Both the position numbers and the translations under genes were made by a program. A stretch of 64,000 nt of DNA from the NCBI GenBank assembly GCA_964057225.1, contig OZ059900.1, positions 20,026,001 to 20,090,000 of the forward strand, read 5' to 3'. Of this stretch, positions 1-10,926 are shown piece after piece (the first letter of the stretch is position 1; each line of letters begins with the position of its first letter). Under the pieces are notes generated by a model. It was not told the origin of the DNA and made no database searches. It saw only the letters and a program-made list of their open reading frames with translations. This DNA is from Auanema rhodensis (Eukaryota > Animalia > Nematoda).

Positions 1-3000
1 TTTTGACTTACGATTTCATGTGTTCAAACTCATGCAATGTCAATGAAACCTAGCTCAAAATTGTTCGTACAACGTCTAGTTCCACTTTCACGACAAAAAA
101 ACAGGGGGTAGAAAATTAGGGAAATTAGCATATTCTGAGGGCACGCCCCTTATGGCTAATATTGATTAAATCGATTTTTGTTCATATGAGTCGTCAAATG
201 CAACGAATTTCAGCGTGTTACATACTAAAATGAAGCATTTTACATGCTGAACACTAGAAAAATACAAAAACACAGTATTTCCCATGAGAAATATTTTATT
301 ATGCTGGAAAACCAGTTTTTGGAAATTTCGCTGTAAACAAGGTTTTGACTTACGATTTCATGTGTTCAAACTCATGCAATGTCAATGAAACCTAGCTCAA
401 AATTGTTCGTACAACGTCTAGTTCCTCTGTCATGACAAAAAAACATGGGTTAGAAAATTAAGGAAATTAGCATATTCTGAGGGCACGCCCCTTATGGCTA
501 ATATTGATTAAAACGATTTTTGTTCATATGAGTCGTCAAATGCAACGAATTTCAGCGTGTTACATACTAAAATGAAGCATTTTACATGCTGAACACTAGA
601 AAAATACAAAAACACAGTATTTCCCATGAGAAATATTTTATTATGCTGGAAAACCAGTTTTTGGAAATTTCGCTGTAAACAAGGTTTTGACTTACGATTT
701 CATGTGTTCAAACTCATGCAATGTCAATGAAACCTAGCTCAAAATTGTTCGTACAACGTCTAGTTCCACTTTCACGACAAAAAAACAGGGGTTAGAAAAT
801 TAAGGAAATTAGCATATTCTGAGGGCACGCCCCTTATGGCTAATATTGATTAAATCGATTTTTGTTCATATGAGTCGTCAAATGCAACGAATTTCAGCGT
901 GTTACATACTAAAATGAAGCATTTTACATGCTGAACACTAGAAAAATACAAAAACACAGTATTTCCCATGAGAAATATTTTATTATGCTGGAAAACCAGT
1001 TTTTGGAAATTTCGCTGTAAACAAGGTTTTGACTTACGATTTCATGTGTTCAAACTCATGCAATGTCAATGAAACCTAGCTTAAAATTGTTCGTACAACG
1101 TCTAGTTCCACTTTCACGACAAAAAAACAGGGGTTAGAAAATTAAGCAAATTAGCATATTCTGAGGGCACGCCCCTTATGGCTAATATTGATTAAATCGA
1201 TTTTTGTTCATATGAGTCGTCAAATGCAACGAATTTCAGCGTGTTACATACTAAAATGAAGCATTTTACATGCTGAACACTAGAAAAATACAAAAACACA
1301 GTATTTCCCATGAGAAATATTTTATTATGCTGGAAAACCAGTTTTTGGAAAATTCGCTGTAAACAAGGTTTTGACTTACGATTTCATGTGTTCAAACTCA
1401 TGCAATGTCAACGAAACCTAGCTCAAAATTGTTCGTACAACGTCTAGTTCCACTTTCACGACAAAAAAACAGGGGTTAGAAAATTAGGGAAATTAGCATA
1501 TTCTGAGGGCACGCCCCTTATGGCTAATATTGATTAAATCGATTTTTGTTCATATGAGTCGCCAAATGCAACGAATTTCAGCGTGTTACATACTTAAATG
1601 AAGCATTTTACATGCTGAACACTGGAAAAATACAAAAACACAGTATTTCCCATGAGAAAATTTTTATTATGCTGGAAAACCAGTTTTTGGAAAATTCGCT
1701 GTAAACAAGGTTTTGACTTACGATTTCATGTGTTCAAACTCATGCAATGTCAACGAAACCTAGCTCAAAATTGTTCGTACAACGTCTAGTTCCACTTTCA
1801 CGACAAAAAAACAGGGGTTAGAAAATTAAGGAAATTAGCATATTCTGAGGGCACGCCCCTTATGGCTAATATTGATTAAATCGATTTTTGTTCATATGAG
1901 TCGTCAAATGCAACGAATTTCAGCGTGTTACATACTAAAATGAAGCATTTTACATGCTGAACACTAGAAAAATACAAAAACACAGTATTTCCCATGAGAA
2001 ATATTTTATTATGCTGGAAAACCAGTTTTTGGAAATTTCGCTGTAAACAAGGTTTTGACTTACGATTTCATGTGTTCAAACTCATGCAATGTCAATGAAA
2101 CCTAGCTCAAAATTGTTCGTACAACGTCTAGTTCCACTTTCACGACAAAAAAACAGGGGTTAGAAAATTAGGGAAATTAGCATATTCTGAGGGCACGCCC
2201 CTTATGGCTAATATTGATTAAATCGATTTTTGTTCATATGAGTCGTCAAATGCAACGAATTTCAGCGTGTTACATACTAAAATGAAGCATTTTACATGCT
2301 GAACACTAGAAAAATACAAAAACACAGTATTTCCCATGAGAAATATTTTATTATGCTGGAAAACCAGTTTTTGGAAATTTCGCTGTAAACAAGGTTTTGA
2401 CTTACGATTTCATGTGTTCAAACTCATGCAATGTCAATGAAACCTAGCTCAAAATTGTTCGTACAACGTCTAGTTCCACTTTCACGACAAAAAAACAGGG
2501 GTTAGAAAATTAAGGAAATTAGCATATTCTGAGGGCACGCCCCTTATGGCTAATATTGATTAAATCGATTTTTGTTCATATGAGTCGTCAAATGCAACGA
2601 ATTTCAGCGTGTTACATACTAAAATGAAGCATTTTACATGCTGAACACTAGAAAAATACGAAAACACAGTATTTCCCATGAGAAATATTTTATTATGCTG
2701 GAAAACCAGTTTTTGGAAATTTCGCTGTAAACAAGGTTTTGACTTACGATTTCATGTGTTCAAACTCATGCAATGTCAATGAAACTTAGCTCAAAATTGT
2801 TCGTACAACGTCTAGTTCCACTTTCACGACAAAAAAACAGGGGTTAGAAAATTAAGGAAATTAGCATATTCTGAGGGCACGCCCCGTATGGCTAATATTG
2901 ATTAAATCGATTTTTGTTCATATGAGTCGTCAAATGCAACGAATTTCAGCGTGTTACATACTAAAATGAAGCATTTTACATGCTGAACACTAGAAAAATA

Positions 3001-3420
3001 CAAAAACACAGTATTTCCCATGAGAAATATTTTATTATGCTGGAAAACCAGTTTTTGGAAATTTCGCTGTAAACAAGGTTTTGACTTACGATTTCATGTG
3101 TTCAAACTCATGCAATGTCAATGAAACCTAGCTCAAAATTGTTCGTACAACGTCTAGTTCCACTTTCACGACAAAAAAACAGGGGTTAGAAAATTAAGGA
3201 AATTAGCATATTCTGAGGGCACGCCCCTTATGGCTAATATTGATTAAATCGATTTTTGTTCATATGAGTCGTCAAATGCAACGAATTTCAGCGTGTTACA
3301 TACTAAAATGAAGCATTTTACATGCTGAACACTAGAAAAATACAAAAACACAGTATTTCCCATGAGAAATATTTTATTATGCTGGAAAACCAGTTTTTGG
3401 AAATTTCGCTGTAAACAAGG

Positions 3421-3762
3421 TTTTGACTTACGATTTCATGTGTTCAAACTCATGCAATGTCAATGAAACCTAGCTCAAAATTGTTCGTACAACGTCTAGT
3501 TCCACTTTCACGACAAAAAAACAGGGGTTAGAAAATTAAGGAAATTAGCATATTCTGAGGGCACGCCCCTTATGGCTAATATTGATTAAATCGATTTTTG
3601 TTCATATGAGTCGTCAAATGCAACGAATTTCAGCGTGTTACATACTAAAATGAAGCATTTTACATGCTGAACACTAGAAAAATACAAAAACACAGTATTT
3701 CCCATGAGAAATATTTTATTATGCTGGAAAACCAGTTTTTGGAAATTTCGCTGTAAACAAGG
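3421..3762 (+). repeat. Representative consensus 342-bp monomer
   Basis: Matches the majority base at every position I compared. Hand count: 116/342 G+C (about 34%), 10 CpG, many A/T tracts of 4-7 nt. Confidence 0.95.
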
Positions 3763-6156
3763 TTTTGACTTACGATTTCATGTGTTCAAACTCATGCAAT
3801 GTCAATGAAACCTAGCTCAAAATTGTTCGTACAACGTCTAGTTCCACTTTCACGACAAAAAAACAGGGGTTAGAAAATTAAGGAAATTAGCATATTCTGA
3901 GGGCACGCCCCTTATGGCTAATATTGATTAAATCGATTTTTGTTCATATGAGTCGTCAAATGCAACGAATTTCAGCGTGTTACATACTAAAATGAAGCAT
4001 TTTACATGCTGAACACTAGAAAAATACAAAAACACAGTATTTCCCATGAGAAATATTTTATTATGCTGGAAAACCAGTTTTTGGAAATTTCGCTGTAAAC
4101 AAGGTTTTGACTTACGATTTCATGTGTTCAAACTCATGCAATGTCAATGAAACCTAGCTCAAAATTGTTTGTACAACGTCTAGTTCCACTTTCACGACAA
4201 AAAAACAGGGGTTAGAAAATTAAGGAAAATAGCATATTCTGAGGGCACGCCCCTTATGGCTAATATTGATTAAATCGATTTTTGTTCATATGAGTCGTCA
4301 AATGCAACGAATTTCAGCGTGTTACATACTAAAATGAAGCATTTTACATGCTGAACACTAGAAAAATACAAAAACACAGTATTTCCCATGAGAAATATTT
4401 TATTATGCTGGAAAACCAGTTTTTGGAAATTTCGCTGTAAACAAGGTTTTGACTTACGATTTCATGTGTTCAAACTCATGCAATGTCAATGAAACCTAGC
4501 TCAAAATTGTTCGTACAACGTCTAGTTCCACTTTCACGACAAAAAAACAGGGGTTAGAAAATTAGGGAAATTAGCATATTCTGAGGGCACGCCCCTTATG
4601 GCTAATATTGATTAAATCGATTTTTGTTCATATGAGTCGTCAAATGCAACGAATTTCAGCGTGTTACATACTAAAATGAAGCATTTTACATGCTGAACAC
4701 TAGAAAAATACAAAAACACAGTATTTCCCATGAGAAATATTTTATTATGCTGGAAAACCAGTTTTTGGAAATTTCGCTGTAAACAAGGTTTTGACTTACG
4801 ATTTCATGTGTTCAAACTCATGCAATGTCAATGAAACCTAGCTCAAAATTGTTCGTACAACGTCTAGTTCCACTTTCACGACAAAAAAACAGGGGTTAGA
4901 AAATTACGGAAATTAGCATATTCTGAGGGCACGCCCCTTATGGCTAATATTGATTAAATCAATTTTTGTTCATATGAGTCGTCAAATGCAACGAATTTCA
5001 GCGTGTTACATACTAAAATGAAGCATTTTACATGCTGAACACTAGAAAAATACAAAAACACAGTATTTCCCATGAGAAATATTTTATTATGCTGGAAAAC
5101 CAGTTTTTGGAAATTTCGCTGTAAACAAGGTTTTGACTTACGATTTCATGTGTTCAAACTCATGCAATGTCAATGAAACCTAGCTCAAAATTGTTCGTAC
5201 AACGTCTAGTTCCACTTTCACGACAAAAAAACAGGGGTTAGAAAATTAAGGAAATTAGCATATTCTGAGGGCACGCCCCTTATGGCTAATATTGATTAAA
5301 TCGATTTTTGTTCATATGAGTCGTCAAATGCAACGAATTTCAGCGTGTTACATACTAAAATGAAGCATTTTACATGCTGAACACTAGAAAAATACAAAAA
5401 CACAGTATTTCCCATGAGAAATATTTTATTATGCTGGAAAACCAGTTTTTGGAAATTTCGCTGTAAACAAGGTTTTGACTTACGATTTCATGTGTTCAAA
5501 CTCATGCAATGTCAATGAAACCTAGCTCAAAATTGTTCGTACAACGTCTAGTTCCACTTTCACGACAAAAAAACAGGGGTTAGAAAATTAAGGAAAATAG
5601 CATATTCTGAGGGCACGCCCCTTATGGCTAATATTGATTAAATCGATTTTTGTTCATATGAGTCGTCAAATGCAACGAATTTCAGCGTGTTACATACTAA
5701 AATGAAGCATTTTACATGCTGAACACTAGAAAAATACAAAAACACAGTATTTCCCATGAGAAATATTTTATTATGCTGGAAAACCAGTTTTTGGAAATTT
5801 CGCTGTAAACAAGGTTTTGACTTACGATTTCATGTGTTCAAACTCATGCAATGTCAATGAAACCTAGCTCAAAATTGTTCGTACAACGTCTAGTTCCACT
5901 TTCACGACAAAAAAACAGGGGTTAGAAAATTAGGGAAATTAGCATATTCTGAGGGCACGCCCCTTATGGCTAATATTGATTAAATCGATTTTTGTTCATA
6001 TGAGTCGTCAAATGCAACGAATTTCAGCGTGTTACATACTAAAATGAAGCATTTTACATGCTGAACACTAGAAAAATACAAAAACACAGTATTTCCCATG
6101 AGAAATATTTTATTATGCTGGAAAACCAGTTTTTGGAAATTTCGCTGTAAACAAGG

Positions 6157-9100
6157 TTTTGACTTACGATTTCATGTGTTCAAACTCATGCAATGTCAAT
6201 GAAACCTAGCTCAAAATTGTTCGTACAACGTCTAGTTCCACTTTCACGACAAAAAAACAGGGGTTAGAAAATTAAGGAAATTAGCATATTCTGAGGGTAC
6301 GCCCCTTATGGCTAATATTGATTAAATCGATTTTTGTTCATATGAGTCGTCAAATGCAACGAATTTCAGCGTGTTACATACTAAAATGAAACATTTTACA
6401 TGCTGAACACTAGAAAAACACAAAAACACAGTATTTCCCATGAGAAATATTTTATTATGCTGGAAAACCAGTTTTTGGAAATTTCGCTGTAAACAAGGTT
6501 TTGACTTACGATTTCATGTGTTCAAACTCATGCAATGTCAATGAAACCTAGCTCAAAATTGTTCGTACAACGTCTAGTTCCACTTTCACGACAAAAAAAC
6601 AGGGGTTAGAAAATTAAGGAAAATAGCATATTCTGAGGGCACGCCCCTTATGGCTAATATTGATTAAATCGATTTTTGTTCATATGAGTCGTCAAATGCA
6701 ACGAATTTCAGCGTGTTACATACTAAAATGAAGCATTTTACATGCTGAACACTAGAAAAATACAAAAACACAGTATTTCCCATGAGAAATATTTTATTAT
6801 GCTGGAAAACCAGTTTTTGGAAATTTCGCTGTAAACAAGGTTTTGACTTACGATTTCATGTGTTCAAACTCATGCAATGTCAATGAAACCTAGCTCAAAA
6901 TTGTTCGTACAACGTCTAGTTCCACTTTCACGACAAAAAAACAGGGGTGAGAAAATTAAGGAAATTAGCATATTCTGAGGGCACGCCCCTTATGGCTAAT
7001 ATTGATTAAATCGATTTTTGTTCATATGAGTCGTAAAATGCAACGAATTTCAGCGTGTTACATACTAAAATGAAGCATTTTACATGCTGAACACTAGAAA
7101 AATACAAAAACACAGTATTTCCCATGAGAAATATTTTATTATGCTGGAAAACCAGTTTTTGGAAATTTCGCTGTAAACAAGGTTTTGACTTACGATTTCA
7201 TGTGTTCAAACTCATGCAATGTCAATGAAACCTAGCTCAAAATTGTTCGTACAACGTCTAGTTCCACTTTCACGACAAAAAAACAGGGGTTAGAAAATTA
7301 GGGAAATTAGCATATTCTGAGGGCACGCCCCTTATGGCTAATATTGATTAAATCCATTTTTGTTCATATGAGTCGTCAAATGCAACGAATTTCAGCGTGT
7401 TACATACTAAAATGAAGCATTTTACAAGCTGAACACTAGAAAAATACAAAACACAGTATTTCCCATGAGAAATATTTTATTATGCTGGAAAACCAGTTTT
7501 TGGAAATTTCGCTGTAAACAAGGTTTTGACTTACGATTTCATGTGTTCAAACTCATGCAATGTCAATGAAACCTAGCTCAAAATTGTTCGTACAACGTCT
7601 AGTTCCACTTTCACGACAAAAAAACAGGGGTTAGAAAATAAAGGAAATTAGCATATTCTGAGGGCACGCCCCTTATGGCTAATATTGATTAAATCGGTTT
7701 TTGTTCATATGAGTCGTCAAAGGGGACGAATTTCAGCGTGTTACATACTAAAAAGAAGCATTTTACATGCTGAGCACTAGAAAAATACAAAAACACAGTA
7801 TTTCCCATGAGAAATATTTTATTATGCTGGAAAACCAGTTTTTGGAAATTTCGCTGTAAACAAGGTTTTGACTTACGATTTCATGTGTTCAAACTCATGC
7901 AATGTCAATGAAGCTTAGCTCAAAATTGTTCGTACAACGTCTAGTTCCACTTTCACGACAAAAAAACAGGGGTTAGAAAATTAAGGAAATTAGCATATTC
8001 TGAGGGCACGCCCCTTATGGCTAATATTGATTAAATCGATTTTTGTTCATATGAGTCGTCAAATGCAACGAATTTCAGCGTGTTACATACTAAAATGAAG
8101 CATTTTACATGCTGAACACTAGAAAAATACAAAAACACAGTATTTCCCATGAGAAATATTTTATTATGCTGGAAAACCAGTTTTTGGAAATTTCGCTGTA
8201 AACAAGGTTTTGACTTACGATTTCATGTGTTCAAACTCATGCAATGTCAATGAAACTTAGCTCAAAATTGTTCGTACAACGTCTAGTTCCACTTTCACGA
8301 CAAAAAAACAGGGGTTAGAAAATTAAGGAAATTAGCATACTCTGAGGGCACGCCCCTTATGGCTAATATTGATTAAATCGATTTTTGTTCATATGAGTCG
8401 TCAAATGCAACGAATTTCAGCGTGTTACATACTAAAATGAAGCATTTTACATGCTGAACACTAGAAAAATACAAAAACACAGTATTTCCCATGAGAAATA
8501 TTTTATTATGCTGGAAAACCAGTTTTTGGAAATTTCGCTGTAAACAAGGTTTTGACTTACGATTTCATGTGTTCAAACTCATGCAATGTCAATGAAACCT
8601 AGCTCAAAATTGTTCGTACAACGTCTAGTTCCACTTTCACGACAAAAAAACAGGGGTTAGAAAATTAAGGAAATTAGCATATTCTGAGGGCACGCCCCTT
8701 ATGGCTAATATTGATTAAATCGATTTTTGTTCATATGAGTCGTCAAATGCAACGAATTTCAGCGTGTTACATACTAAAATGAAGCATTTTACATGCTGAA
8801 CACTAGAAAAACACAAAAACACAGTATTTCCCATGAGAAATATTTTATTATGCTGGAAAACCAGTTTTTGGAAATTTCGCTGTAAACAAGGTTTTGACTT
8901 ACGATTTCATGTGTTCAAACTCATGCAATGTCAATGAAACCTAGCTCAAAATTGTTCGTACAACGTCTAGTTCCACTTTCACGACAAAAAAACAGGGGTT
9001 AGAAAATTAAGGAAAATAGCATATTCTGAGGGCACGCCCCTTATGGCTAATATTGATTAAATCGATTTTTGTTCATATGAGTCGTCAAATGCAACGAATT

Positions 9101-10880
9101 TCAGCGTGTTACATACTAAAATGAAGCATTTTACATGCTGAACACTAGAAAAATACAAAAACACAGTATTTCCCATGAGAAATATTTTATCATGCTGGAA
9201 AACCAGTTTTTGGAAATTTCGCTGTAAACAAGGTTTTGACTTACGATTTCATGTGTTCAAACTCATGCAATGTCAATGAAACCTAGCTCAAAATTGTTCG
9301 TACAACGTCTAGTTCCACTTTCACGACAAAAAAACAGGGGTTAGAAAATTAAGGAAATTAGCATATTCTGAGGGCACGCCCCTTATGGCTAATATTGATT
9401 AAATCGATTTTTGTTCATATGAGTCGTAAAATGCAACGAATTTCAGCGTGTTACATACTAAAATGAAGCATTTTACATGCTGAACACTAGAAAAATACAA
9501 AAACACAGTATTTCCCATGAGAAATATTTTATTATGCTGGAAAACCAGTTTTTGGAAATTTCGCTGTAAACAAGGTTTTGACTTACGATTTCATGTGTTC
9601 AAACTCATGCAATGTCAATGAAACCTAGCTCAAAATTGTTCGTACAACGTCTAGTTCCACTTTCACGACAAAAAAACAGGGGTTAGAAAATTAGGGAAAT
9701 TAGCATATTCTGAGGGCACGCCCCTTATGGCTAATATTGATTAAATCCATTTTTGTTCATATGAGTCGTCAAATGCAACGAATTTCAGCGTGTTACATAC
9801 TAAAATGAAGCATTTTACAAGCTGAACACTAGAAAAATACAAAACACAGTATTTCCCATGAGAAATATTTTATTATGCTGGAAAACCAGTTTTTGGAAAT
9901 TTCGCTGTAAACAAGGTTTTGACTTACGATTTCATGTGTTCAAACTCATGCAATGTCAATGAAACCTAGCTCAAAATTGTTCGTACAACGTCTAGTTCCA
10001 CTTTCACGACAAAAAAACAGGGGTTAGAAAATAAAGGAAATTAGCATATTCTGAGGGCACGCCCCTTATGGCTAATATTGATTAAATCGATTTTTGTTCA
10101 TATGAGTCGTCAAAGGGGACGAATTTCAGCGTGTTACATACTAAAAAGAAGCATTTTACATGCTGAGCACTAGAAAAATACAAAAACACAGTATTTCCCA
10201 TGAGAAATATTTTATTATGCTGGAAAACCAGTTTTTGGAAATTTCGCTGTAAACAAGGTTTTGACTTACGATTTCATGTGTTCAAACTCATGCAATGTCA
10301 ATGAAGCTTAGCTCAAAATTGTTCGTACAACGTCTAGTTCCACTTTCACGACAAAAAAACAGGGGTTAGAAAATTAAGGAAATTAGCATATTCTGAGGGC
10401 ACGCCCCTTATGGCTAATATTGATTAAATCGATTTTTGTTCATATGAGTCGTCAAATGCAACGAATTTCAGCGTGTTACATACTAAAATGAAGCATTTTA
10501 CATGCTGAACACTAGAAAAATACAAAAACACAGTATTTCCCATGAGAAATATTTTATTATGCTGGAAAACCAGTTTTTGGAAATTTCGCTGTAAACAAGG
10601 TTTTGACTTACGATTTCATGTGTTCAAACTCATGCAATGTCAATGAAACTTAGCTCAAAATTGTTCGTACAACGTCTAGTTCCACTTTCACGACAAAAAA
10701 ACAGGGGTTAGAAAATTAAGGAAATTAGCATACTCTGAGGGCACGCCCCTTATGGCTAATATTGATTAAATCGATTTTTGTTCATATGAGTCGTCAAATG
10801 CAACGAATTTCAGCGTGTTACATACTAAAATGAAACATTTTACATGCTGAACACTAGAAAAATACAAAAACACAGTATTT
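6157..10880 (+). repeat. Tandem duplication of a 7-monomer block (incipient 7-mer higher-order repeat, period 2393 bp); second copy truncated by the inversion event
   Basis: Rare variants recur in the same order at +2393: GAAAAACAC, GGAAAATAG, TCGTAAAAT, AATCCATT + TACAAGCT + 1-bp deletion, AAAGGGGAC (7721 and 10114), GAAGCTTAG, GAAACTTAG + GCATACTC. 2393 = 7x342-1. Confidence 0.93.
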
Positions 10881-10926
10881 TTCTAACCCCTGTTTTTTGT
10901 CGTGAAAGTGGAACTAGACGTTGTAC
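10881..10926 (-). repeat. 46-bp inverted satellite fragment (reverse complement of monomer pos ~67-113) embedded in a net 162-bp deletion
   Basis: TTCTAACCCCTGTTTTTTGTCGTGAAAGTGGAACTAGACGTTGTAC is the reverse complement of GTACAACGTCTAGTTCCACTTTCACGACAAAAAACAGGGGTTAGAA. Forward satellite stops at pos 280 and resumes at pos 146. The flanking monomer starts 10601 and 11123 are 522 bp apart (684-162). Confidence 0.97.

Noticed and set aside
104-121. Telomere-like GGGTTAG / TTAGGG words and possible G-quadruplex
   Set aside because: These are isolated words, not tandem. TTAGGG is present only in A119G monomers, and there are at most three G-runs of 3 or more on the strand per unit.
192-208. CENP-B-box-like motif on the minus strand (ATTCGTTGCATTTGACG)
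   Set aside because: It matches TTCG and the central A but lacks the essential CGGG (6 of 9 core positions), so it is not a canonical box.
1-342. Primate alpha-satellite dimer (2 x 171 bp)
   Set aside because: Only the length coincides. I recognise no alpha-satellite consensus motifs and there is no CENP-B box.
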